Part shown: piece after piece, positions 1 through 7,465 of the stretch | How positions within the stretch are numbered: the first letter of the stretch is position 1 | How the letters are laid out: each line of letters begins with the position of its first letter | Position numbers and translations under genes: made by a program | IMG/VR virus record: IMGVR_UViG_3300027749_000121 | Span: 1-60,609 of that record | From: a virus | Lineage: Duplodnaviria > Caudoviricetes | Direction: 5' to 3' (one strand) | Length of the DNA: 60,609 nucleotides | The notes under the pieces: generated by a model | Told to the model about the DNA's origin: nothing | What the model saw: the letters and a program-made list of their open reading frames with translations, nothing else | The model's database searches: none

Positions 1-296
1 GAGCCTTCTTGTGCGCCTTTTTTCTTAGCCATCATTGCCATGAAGCCGGGATTCATTTTGGAAGCCATAGTATTACCACCTTCTTTAAAAAAAGCCATTT
101 TTCCGTGATCGGTTTTAGGCTTGTTGACACCTTGCACATCGGGACGGGTTTCACCACCCCTACCAAACTTCTTACCCTTATCCGCCTCGTTGAAATCTTT
201 TCCAACGCTTTGCGGTATTCCAACCTTCTTGGCAAACGCAGGGTTGTGCGCTATTGCTGCCATGAAGTTGTGTTGTTTTTTACTCGTCGACGGCAT
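1..296 (-). CDS. Small basic protein, 3' truncated by window edge (MPSTSKKQHNFMAAIAHNPAFAKKVGIPQSVGKDF...)
   Basis: Translated by hand; ATG at 296, open to position 1; absent from ORF track because no stop; overlaps the end of the 280..483 gene. Confidence 0.8.
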   Translation of the reverse strand, partial: MPSTSKKQHNFMAAIAHNPAFAKKVGIPQSVGKDFNEADKGKKFGRGGETRPDVQGVNKPKTDHGKMAFFKEGGNTMASKMNPGFMAMMAKKKGAQEG

Positions 297-483
297 CGTC
301 TTTCTTTCGCTTAAAAAGCGTGCTGAATTCTTTGCCCGTGGCCATCTCATAGATGCGCATAAGGCCAACAACTGCACCAATAAATCCAAACACAGGTGAA
401 ATTACCTCAAAGAAAGTTCCAACAGTTGTGAATATTGCCACAACATCTAAAATATTTTTTACGTTGTCTGTATGTTCAGTCAT
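280..483 (-). CDS. Small membrane protein (holin-like)
   Basis: 67 aa, hydrophobic segments plus charged C-terminal tail; in late operon. Confidence 0.65.
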   Translation of the reverse strand: MTEHTDNVKNILDVVAIFTTVGTFFEVISPVFGFIGAVVGLMRIYEMATGKEFSTLFKRKKDDAVDE

Positions 484-484
484 A

Positions 485-739
485 TCAGCATTTCCAAGCC
501 CGAAGGCTCTTGTTTATGCGGGAGTCCGGGTCTTTCTTGGCCTTCTCTCCGGTCAGCTTCTTCTTCATGCCTTCCATACGGGCGCAGAAAGAGTCGCGGC
601 GTTTGCCGCCCTCGGGTTGAGGTGCTTTCAATCCGGGTTTCCCGGGATTGGCTTTGTTGTACGAGGCCCGTCCCTTGGCGTTCAAGCCACCCTTTTCGGA
701 TTTGCCCTCTTTGCGTGTCCATGCTGGTGATTTAGCCAT
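485..739 (-). CDS. Small basic phage protein (DUF6321-like)
   Basis: K/R-rich; GGLNAKGRASY, RRDSFCARM and C-terminal WKC motifs recognised from related phages. Confidence 0.75.
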   Translation of the reverse strand: MAKSPAWTRKEGKSEKGGLNAKGRASYNKANPGKPGLKAPQPEGGKRRDSFCARMEGMKKKLTGEKAKKDPDSRINKSLRAWKC

Positions 740-1472
740 TGGCTACCTTCAATTTGGAATGATAAATATTTTCCAACATCGGCATGACAACTTCTTCACG
801 GAAGTTGCGCTCAAACGTTTCTTGCCCAACGTGGGGTAAGCTGATGTCTACATCTATGTATACGGTAAAACCCATCTGCGTTGCTCTGTCGCAGAACAAG
901 TAATCTTCACCAACATACTTGCCATTCACAATGGCAAAGTCAAACACTGCTGACATCTGTTCGCCGGGGCTTTTTTCATACATCCACTCTGGATGTGCTT
1001 CTACCAATTTCTCAATGACATGGCGCTGGATCAGCATAAACCCTGTAGGAGCACGTTTAACCCGCATCAGTGAGCCTTCAAACTCAAGGTCACCATTGTC
1101 ATCGTAGTACACATCTGCAAAGAACTTGGCATCTTTGGCTCTGCGTGGATATGCGCCCGTAGTAATGTCTCTACCACCGCTTTGAGCTACCAAACGCATG
1201 ATGTCATCAGGAGCAACAACCACATCAGCATCAATAAACAGAAGCTCTGTGCAATCTGTCTTTAAGAATTCGTGAACTAAAGCATTACGCGCCATCGTAA
1301 TGATAGAGCAGTTAGATAAATCAGACAACGTGACAGACACACCAAGACTCATCGCTTTGGGCATTAACTGCGCCAATGCAAATGCGGTCTTGATGTTCAG
1401 CTTGCCGTCATAAGCTGGAATGCCTATGAACAGCTTGCGTCCCGTCAATGTTGCCTGTTTTGTTTCAGCCAT
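732..1472 (-). CDS. GT-A fold glycosyltransferase
   Basis: N-terminal LFIGIPAY strand, ARNALV, FIDADV (DxD), TGFMLI, GEDYLFC, terminal HVG. Confidence 0.85.
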   Translation of the reverse strand: MAETKQATLTGRKLFIGIPAYDGKLNIKTAFALAQLMPKAMSLGVSVTLSDLSNCSIITMARNALVHEFLKTDCTELLFIDADVVVAPDDIMRLVAQSGGRDITTGAYPRRAKDAKFFADVYYDDNGDLEFEGSLMRVKRAPTGFMLIQRHVIEKLVEAHPEWMYEKSPGEQMSAVFDFAIVNGKYVGEDYLFCDRATQMGFTVYIDVDISLPHVGQETFERNFREEVVMPMLENIYHSKLKVANG

Positions 1473-1971
1473 AATAAATATTACAAGCCGCTACGTTGGA
1501 CAAATAAGCATAAATGCCATTTACTGCTAACACACCATCATCTGAAATAAAAGGTGAATTGTTAAAAGTATCAGACGCAGATACGTCATAACTTAACAGC
1601 CATTTACTTGAATAAACAAGGGTTGGTGAAGCTGAAATAGTTCCTGAATTAATATCAGTAACTGTAAATGTACTTGAGTTTGTAACGGTTACTACGTAGT
1701 TTCCATTAGTAGCAGTGCCGCCTGTACCCGCCGCAAAGTCAATACCTATAGTTTGACCCGTTGTAAAGCCGTGAGCAGTCTGCGTAATTGTTACGGTTGT
1801 GCCAGAACGACCATAAGTAGCAGTAGTAACTGGAGCCGTAGTTGTATCAAACAAAGCCACAAAACCAGCAGTTGATGTGCCTGTAAAAGAAATGCCTTTA
1901 ATGCGATTTCTTCCAAGAACCAAAAATCCACTACCGTTTAAATGTGCTTGTTGTACATTGGTCTGATTCAT
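1465..1971 (-). CDS. Putative virion structural protein with T/G-rich beta insertion
   Basis: AAGGAG RBS; TAHGFTTGQTI-type beta module; late operon. Confidence 0.7.
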   Translation of the reverse strand: MNQTNVQQAHLNGSGFLVLGRNRIKGISFTGTSTAGFVALFDTTTAPVTTATYGRSGTTVTITQTAHGFTTGQTIGIDFAAGTGGTATNGNYVVTVTNSSTFTVTDINSGTISASPTLVYSSKWLLSYDVSASDTFNNSPFISDDGVLAVNGIYAYLSNVAACNIYYG

Positions 1972-1990
1972 AATTAATCTCCTTGTAAAC

Positions 1991-2009
1991 GGGGGCCGAA
2001 GCCCCCTAG
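1991..2009 (-). terminator. GGGGGC-UUCG-GCCCCC hairpin, weak U-tract (attenuator or stabiliser)
   Basis: Stem with cUUCGg loop; identical 19-mer at 3491..3509. Confidence 0.55.
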
Positions 2010-2014
2010 ATCAA

Positions 2015-2539
2015 TTAAGCAGAAGCTGGGAATTGATTGCCGTTTGAGTTGGCTACAGTGTAGATGATTGTGTACTGAACAGTACCAGCAGTCACTGCGG
2101 CAACAGTTGGAGTCAGTGTGGCAACAATTTTTACGTCAGTTGCGCCAATACCAGCACCATTAGGAGAAGCAGTAGTAGCCGCGCCAGCCCATGCACCCAA
2201 CTTTGTAGCAGCGTTGCTGATAGCAGCGCGACCTTGTGCCGTAATGTCTGTAGAAGCCCAATACAAAGCGGCTGTAGAGCCATCACCAATGGTCACGTTT
2301 GCGGCAGTTGAGCCTGTAAACGCAGTGATGGTGTCAATGTGAATAAGTTGAATTTGTGAACCGGCAGGTAACACGCAGATGGTGCTAGCAACTGCGGAAG
2401 CAGCTTGACCTGTGTAGTCTTTTTTGAATGTTTGAGAAACAACGGTTGCACCGCAGTTTTCAATAGTGCCAACAGTAGTGCCGGTTGTGTCTCTAACAGT
2501 ACCAAGCAACCAAGGGCCAAGGTGAGTAGCAAATCCCAT
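2015..2539 (-). CDS. Putative capsid-associated/decoration protein
   Basis: A/T/G-rich beta protein; AAGGA RBS; usual neighbour of the capsid gene in this phage type. Confidence 0.7.
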   Translation of the reverse strand: MGFATHLGPWLLGTVRDTTGTTVGTIENCGATVVSQTFKKDYTGQAASAVASTICVLPAGSQIQLIHIDTITAFTGSTAANVTIGDGSTAALYWASTDITAQGRAAISNAATKLGAWAGAATTASPNGAGIGATDVKIVATLTPTVAAVTAGTVQYTIIYTVANSNGNQFPASA

Positions 2540-2545
2540 GATATT

Positions 2546-2622
2546 TCCTTCATGCAGTTAAAGGTGTATCAGTCTTGCATGATGTCTGCCGGGACAGTTT
2601 GATACACCGGAAAGCCCGGATT
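2546..2622 (-). ncRNA. Pseudoknotted structured RNA leader, probably Mu-gpT-DE-type motif
   Basis: Three interleaved helices: 2615-2619/2589-2593, 2600-2608/2563-2571, 2576-2582/2550-2556; family name from memory of gpT-downstream RNAs, not verified. Confidence 0.6.
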
Positions 2623-2628
2623 ACTGTG

Positions 2629-2657
2629 TTTATATCACGGTATTTTTAAGTGCGCAA
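2629..2657 (-). promoter_or_regulatory. Sigma70-type promoter TTGCGC-N17-TATAAA with extended TG
   Basis: Seen in sequence just upstream of the structured RNA. Confidence 0.65.
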
Positions 2658-2663
2658 CAGTTA

Positions 2664-2692
2664 TTTTTGTTGTCACAATCCGTAGGCATTAT
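2664..2692 (+). promoter_or_regulatory. TTTTTGTTGTCACAA element + CATTAT -10; probable leaderless promoter of the GNAT gene
   Basis: -10 at 2687-2692, 6 nt before ATG 2699; same 15-mer inverted at 3808..3822. Confidence 0.5.
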
Positions 2693-2698
2693 TGGGGC

Positions 2699-3139
2699 AT
2701 GAAATACCGCATTGTCCCTGTTGATACTCGTCAGCCAGAGGTGGTGCAGTTGTTGACGTTGCTTCAAAAAGCGTGTCTCCCCCACGATAAAATTTACCCA
2801 ATTACACAAGGATACTGGCATGTTGTTTACTCGCAAGATGGTGAAGCCGTTGGCTTTGGTGGTGTTGTCCCCTCTACTCGTTGGTCTGACACTATGTACC
2901 TATGTCGCGCAGGCATTACACGCGCTCATCAAGGACAGGGACTCCAGAAGCGGCTTATCCGACAGCGTATTAAAGTGGCCAAAAAACTAAGCATGAACTG
3001 GGTCATTACGGACACCAACGAAAATCCTGCGTCTGCCAATAGCTTAATAGCTACAGGTTTTAAAATGTTTGAGCCATCTCAACCTTGGGGTTTAAAAACG
3101 GCGTTGTACTGGCGGTATCGGATCAAGCATGCCGTATAA
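2699..3139 (+). CDS. GNAT family N-acetyltransferase
   Basis: Acetyl-CoA motif A (RAHQGQGLQKRL) and motif B (NPASANSL..GF). Confidence 0.9.
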   Translation: MKYRIVPVDTRQPEVVQLLTLLQKACLPHDKIYPITQGYWHVVYSQDGEAVGFGGVVPSTRWSDTMYLCRAGITRAHQGQGLQKRLIRQRIKVAKKLSMNWVITDTNENPASANSLIATGFKMFEPSQPWGLKTALYWRYRIKHAV

Positions 3140-3509
3140 AGATAAAATTGTTAAGCAAACTAAACAAAAAACGTACGCAAGTACGTACTACGCCAACAAT
3201 AAAGCCACTGTAATCGCCGCAAGTAAAGCCTCTGCCAAGGCGTATAAAGATCAATGGCGTAGCTTTAAAGCTACATTAGCGTGCGTAAAATGCGGGCAAA
3301 ACCATCCAGCTACCTTTGACTTCCATCACATAGACAGCAACACCAAAGAAGAATCAGTCAATAAGCTGATAAAAAACCGTGCGTTCAAACGGGCTATGGA
3401 AGAAGTCAAAAAATGTATTGTGCTCTGCGCCAACTGCCACCGCATACACCATCACGACGAACGTCTTGTTAAAAAAACCAAAAAGAAGAAGGGGGCCGAA
3501 GCCCCCTAG
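3129..3509 (+). CDS. HNH endonuclease
   Basis: CVKC...FDFHHID...LCANCHRIHH. Confidence 0.88.
   Translation: MPYKDKIVKQTKQKTYASTYYANNKATVIAASKASAKAYKDQWRSFKATLACVKCGQNHPATFDFHHIDSNTKEESVNKLIKNRAFKRAMEEVKKCIVLCANCHRIHHHDERLVKKTKKKKGAEAP
3480..3509 (-). terminator. Rho-independent terminator between convergent genes
   Basis: GGGGGC TTCG GCCCCC followed by TTCTTCTTTTT on - strand. Confidence 0.7.
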
Positions 3510-3511
3510 TA

Positions 3512-3751
3512 TCACTCTTTGTTAGCAGCTTCTGCGGCGGCTTCAGCCACAGCGCCGTCCAACTCTTCTTCTGTGTCGTCTTCGTCTTCAAACTCATCTT
3601 CATCATCAGGCACGGCAATGTACTCAACCGCCCAGCCGTAGTTTTCTTGAAACTGAACAAACTCTTGAAAAATCTGAATCATATCAAAATCAGTTGTTTC
3701 AATAGAAAGTTTGTTATTACCAAAGTACCCAAATTCCATTTCAAATTTCAT
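3512..3751 (-). CDS. Small highly acidic protein
   Basis: 79 aa with DDEDEFEDEDDTEEELD tract; own promoter and terminator. Confidence 0.75.
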   Translation of the reverse strand: MKFEMEFGYFGNNKLSIETTDFDMIQIFQEFVQFQENYGWAVEYIAVPDDEDEFEDEDDTEEELDGAVAEAAAEAANKE

Positions 3752-3793
3752 GATGTGCCCCTATGTTTATGCAACCACAGCGGCTGCAAATTG

Positions 3794-3822
3794 ATCGTAG
3801 TTTAACTTTGTGACAACAAAAA
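3794..3822 (-). promoter_or_regulatory. TTTTTGTTGTCACAA element + TACGAT -10 for the acidic-protein gene
   Basis: TTGTCAC-N10-TACGAT, same spacing as the GNAT promoter. Confidence 0.5.
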
Positions 3823-3841
3823 GGCCACCCGCAGGTGGCCT
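3818..3841 (-). terminator. Terminator after the major capsid gene
   Basis: AGGCCACC-TGCG-GGTGGCCT then TTTT. Confidence 0.8.
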
Positions 3842-3868
3842 CAAACTTACCCTTGTGGGGCTGTTTTA

Positions 3869-4780
3869 TTAGGTTGAACCGGGTGAACCGAAGACGCCCA
3901 ATGGATCAGACCAGCCGAAGCTATAACGCTCACGGGCCTTGTAACGAACGTTACCTGTGTCAAAGTCACCATCCATAGATGTGGACAATGCCATACGCTC
4001 GAAGTGCTTCAAGCCGTTAGGTACGTCAGTTGTCAAGAACCAGCCGTTTGTGTCGGTCAGGTAGTGGTTGATTGTGTAGCCATCAGGGATTGAGCCGTTG
4101 TTCTTCAATGCGTTGATGTCGTTGTCTGTTGTACCAACGCGGAGGCTGGTTTCGAGCAAACGAGTAGCAACGAACTGAAGTGCCGCAGGCACAATCAATT
4201 TCTTAGGCTTAGCAGCGATCAACAAGCCGCGCTCATCAGTCCAAGCAGCGATCTGAATCACAGCGTTTTCCAACGATGTTTCATTCAAGTCAGCATTGGT
4301 TGAAGGACGGTTGCTGTTAGTGCCACCAGACACGAGGGGGTGCGCTGTAGAGAACAGAGCAACACCATCACCACCAGTATAGCTAGAGCTAAAACCGTTG
4401 TTCAAAACGGATGCAGCCTTAACTTGCTTGGTGTAAGCCATAGCACGAGCCAAGCCCTTGGTGTAGCGAGCAGACAAGCTGTCGTACAAGTTATCTTCAA
4501 CCGCTTCTTCAGTGATTGAGAAACCCAAGGCGATGGTTTCGTGGTTGTAGCGAGCCGTGAACGCTTCTTGCGCATTGTCATAAGCAATGGCTGAACCCTC
4601 GTTCTTGACTGGAGCAGCAGAGAAGCCAGACAGTTTGGTCTCTTCTTCAAAGCTACGCTCAGATTTCTCTGTTTCGTAGATTTCTTTGTGCTCTTCGCCG
4701 TAAGTAGCGTACTGCAGGCCGAACAAAGCGTTCAAACCGGGGAGCAGTTCTTTAAGTAGTTGTGCGCGTGAAATAGCCAT
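3869..4780 (-). CDS. Major capsid protein (Mu gpT-like, HK97 fold)
   Basis: MAISRAQLLKELLPGLNALFG N-terminus, DFDTGNVRYKARERYSFGWSDP C-terminus; strong RBS; downstream of scaffold. Confidence 0.93.
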   Translation of the reverse strand: MAISRAQLLKELLPGLNALFGLQYATYGEEHKEIYETEKSERSFEEETKLSGFSAAPVKNEGSAIAYDNAQEAFTARYNHETIALGFSITEEAVEDNLYDSLSARYTKGLARAMAYTKQVKAASVLNNGFSSSYTGGDGVALFSTAHPLVSGGTNSNRPSTNADLNETSLENAVIQIAAWTDERGLLIAAKPKKLIVPAALQFVATRLLETSLRVGTTDNDINALKNNGSIPDGYTINHYLTDTNGWFLTTDVPNGLKHFERMALSTSMDGDFDTGNVRYKARERYSFGWSDPLGVFGSPGST

Positions 4781-4793
4781 GGTAAGTTACTCC

Positions 4794-5408
4794 TTAAATG
4801 CCGGTAGTACTGTTGTACTGAGCCGTGTTGAATTTAACGAGGAACTCGTAATATGTCGTGGCAGCTACGGTGGCAACGCCAGTCGCAGTATCAGGCACAA
4901 CGTCAACAACACGTACGGGAAGCGTAAGAGTAGTGTTGGCGGAAGAACCGTCAATACCATAATACGAGTCACCTGTGGTGGTGGAACCCACGTTAGCAAC
5001 CAAAGCCACGTTAGAACCAACAATCGCACGGCTATAAGCTGTAGGAGTGGTGGAAGCAGCGACTGTAGCGCAGACACGGAACACAGCACTAGGATCATCC
5101 ACAACAAAGGCCATAGCCATAGCTGTTGAAGTTGAAACTGCGGCTGGGTACGCTTGTGAATACGTAGGTTGACTCAACGAGTTGATGTAAGAACATCCAA
5201 CTAACACACCAACAATATTACCTGAGTCAGTGGTATTAGCGGCAACAATGTAGCCACTAGTGTTCACTTGGACGGTATCACCGTTCAGGATTGCTGTTGC
5301 ATAAGCAGGCGCGATTGGGATTTGACGGATCGCTCCGGCGTAGGGTAAACCGTCCAGTCGATTGACCGGCTTGAAACCATACGTCTTGTCAATGGTAGGA
5401 TATGCCAT
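4794..5408 (-). CDS. Putative capsid cement/minor head protein
   Basis: Directly upstream of capsid gene; YGFKPV..., VVDDP motif. Confidence 0.7.
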   Translation of the reverse strand: MAYPTIDKTYGFKPVNRLDGLPYAGAIRQIPIAPAYATAILNGDTVQVNTSGYIVAANTTDSGNIVGVLVGCSYINSLSQPTYSQAYPAAVSTSTAMAMAFVVDDPSAVFRVCATVAASTTPTAYSRAIVGSNVALVANVGSTTTGDSYYGIDGSSANTTLTLPVRVVDVVPDTATGVATVAATTYYEFLVKFNTAQYNSTTGI

Positions 5409-5419
5409 CTATAGACTCC

Positions 5420-5878
5420 TTATTTAGTACCAGAACCAAAACCTGTTCCGCGACTTGATGTTGACTTGCGGTCAGCAAACAAGGGCATCCGAGGGTCGTT
5501 ATTTCGCATGAAATGATTGTCAACTGAATCCATCTGGTTTTGGGATTGGTTGGCATAGTACTCAGCGCGGGCTTGGACGCGTTCTTTGGGAGCCTTGCAA
5601 AGCATCAGCCCACCAATTTCCACGTTGCCGTTTGCGTTGTTGCCAAACAAAGCCAATTCTGGATGATCCACTGCTTTCACCGGCTCATAACCATCGCGCA
5701 TCTGTAAAGACACGTTGTTGGCTAATGGCTGACCTAGCACATGTGTCGCTACCCAGCGAAACATGTAATCTGGATCAGGTGTCGGATCGGGCAGGTTGCT
5801 CGGCGGTACATATACCGTACGAGCAGATTTATCGCGTGACTTAGTGTCACGATTTGAGCGGTCAATAGTTTCAGCCAT
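5420..5878 (-). CDS. Conserved head-module protein
   Basis: YMFRWV...GYEPV...IGGLMLCK; synteny. Confidence 0.75.
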   Translation of the reverse strand: MAETIDRSNRDTKSRDKSARTVYVPPSNLPDPTPDPDYMFRWVATHVLGQPLANNVSLQMRDGYEPVKAVDHPELALFGNNANGNVEIGGLMLCKAPKERVQARAEYYANQSQNQMDSVDNHFMRNNDPRMPLFADRKSTSSRGTGFGSGTK

Positions 5879-5879
5879 T

Positions 5880-6830
5880 TTAATTCTCCAACTTTGCTAC
5901 TTGAGCAGCATATTGCTGCGGGGTTAAACCAAATTTTTTCGCCAACGCTACTTGCGTTTGAGTTAGCTTAATTTTTCCTGCGCTCGTAGAACGAGATACA
6001 GAGGCAACCACTGTCGTAGGTCGTTTTTGAACCTCACCAGACCTTGGCTTGTCATTTGCTTGACCGAATAAATCCGGAAAAGTTGACTTCATGCGACCAT
6101 CAATTTGGTCGAAATATTCAGCAGAGCGGGGATCCACTCCGTTTGTGACTAGTTTTTGGTGCAGCCCTAGTGCGTAGCTGGTGTATTCTTCAAACCCTTG
6201 TTGCCCGAACCACTGGTTTTTTGCCTGCCAGCGCAGAGTTTTTTCGTCGGGCTCAACCTTGGAGGGTTGGGCTTGTTGTGTTTGTACCTCAAAATTATCT
6301 TCCTGTAAAGGGGCAGGTCGATAATTTTTTACTTGTTCTGCACGAATTTTTGCATCCATTACTTCTTCTTGAGCGGCAATGATGGCATCCGTGTCAAACG
6401 ATTCTTGTGCAACTTTCAGTTTAGCGCGGGCATCCTTTAGCTCAGATTCAGCTTTGCCCTTAGCACCTTCAATGATGGCTTCTTGTCCTGTGTAGACGTT
6501 TTGCTTGAGGCGTTTGTTTTCCTCAATTAACTGCTGTGCAAGACGCTCAAGCTCTTGCTTCTCACGCATTGTGGCTTCTTTGACACGGCGCTCGTCGTGA
6601 CGGGCGTGGGTCAACTCTTTAATGCGCCCTTTGACTTTGTCAGAATAGGACTCGATTTCTTCCTCGGTCGGATCAAGCACTTCGCGGTCTAGGGGTTTGC
6701 GGCCTCTGTCACGCTCGGGTGTGTCGTCTTCGATTTCAATCTCTATTTCGCCTTCGCCTTCTATTTCAAACTCAACTTTATCTGTCATTTTGTCCTCGAC
6801 TTCGTCGGGGAACTTGTACGATTCAGCCAT
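5880..6830 (-). CDS. Scaffolding protein
   Basis: Acidic N-terminus, long coiled coil, C-terminal LTQTQVALAKKFGLTPQQYA helix-turn-helix typical of scaffolds. Confidence 0.8.
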   Translation of the reverse strand: MAESYKFPDEVEDKMTDKVEFEIEGEGEIEIEIEDDTPERDRGRKPLDREVLDPTEEEIESYSDKVKGRIKELTHARHDERRVKEATMREKQELERLAQQLIEENKRLKQNVYTGQEAIIEGAKGKAESELKDARAKLKVAQESFDTDAIIAAQEEVMDAKIRAEQVKNYRPAPLQEDNFEVQTQQAQPSKVEPDEKTLRWQAKNQWFGQQGFEEYTSYALGLHQKLVTNGVDPRSAEYFDQIDGRMKSTFPDLFGQANDKPRSGEVQKRPTTVVASVSRSTSAGKIKLTQTQVALAKKFGLTPQQYAAQVAKLEN

Positions 6831-6840
6831 ATTCTTCCTT

Positions 6841-7278
6841 TCAAGCGCGGGTCAGGCCGCGAGGGTCTTGCACAACAGCATCAACTTGGTCGTCGTTGAT
6901 GAGACGGAACTCTTTGCCAAAGATTTTGAATCTTGTGCCGGAGTAAGTACGTACTAACACAAAGTCACCTTCTTTACACCATGCTCCGTTAGGAAACTTG
7001 GTGGTGTCGTTGTACGCATCGGGGCCAACTTTCAGAACAAACAACACAGTGGTTGCTGTTTCTTCTTGGCGCATGCTCTCAATAGGCCGGACTAAGTCCA
7101 GACTTGTACCATCCACTCGTTCAGAGATGTCGGGTACCGCGCAAAGAATCTTCCAACCTGTAGGCAGGGGAAGTTGCGTGGCCTTTAACTCGTCGTTAGC
7201 TTCGGCTTCAGGGGCATCCAAAGGTTGGATGGGTTCAGGCAGTGCAAAAGCACCGGGGGAGAGATCAAGATCACTCAT
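6841..7278 (-). CDS. groES: GroES-like co-chaperonin (start revised to 7278)
   Basis: PTGWKILC, VLKVGPDAY, CKEGDFVL, GKEFRLINDDQVDAVV. Confidence 0.82.
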   Translation of the reverse strand: MSDLDLSPGAFALPEPIQPLDAPEAEANDELKATQLPLPTGWKILCAVPDISERVDGTSLDLVRPIESMRQEETATTVLFVLKVGPDAYNDTTKFPNGAWCKEGDFVLVRTYSGTRFKIFGKEFRLINDDQVDAVVQDPRGLTRA

Positions 7279-7465
7279 TAGATTCTTCAACTTTCTGTGC
7301 AAGGTCAAGTAGATAACGCTCTGCAAGGGCTAGACCCTGAATAATCCCGCAGAGTTTTTGGTACTCTTCAAAAGTACGGCATGAACCACCCGCCAAGTCA
7401 TCGGCATAGTTGTTCATGTCAGTGCGTATTTTTTCACGTAAAACGCGTACGAAGTCTTGAATCAT
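7271..7465 (-). CDS. Small conserved head-module protein
   Basis: Coupled between portal and GroES-like genes; EEYQKLCGIIQGL. Confidence 0.75.
   Translation of the reverse strand: MIQDFVRVLREKIRTDMNNYADDLAGGSCRTFEEYQKLCGIIQGLALAERYLLDLAQKVEESNE

Noticed and set aside
2546-2622. HDV-like/theta ribozyme
   Set aside because: P1/P2 order is similar but only 6 nt separate P2 5' from P1 3', leaving no room for P3/L3; no adjacent tRNA
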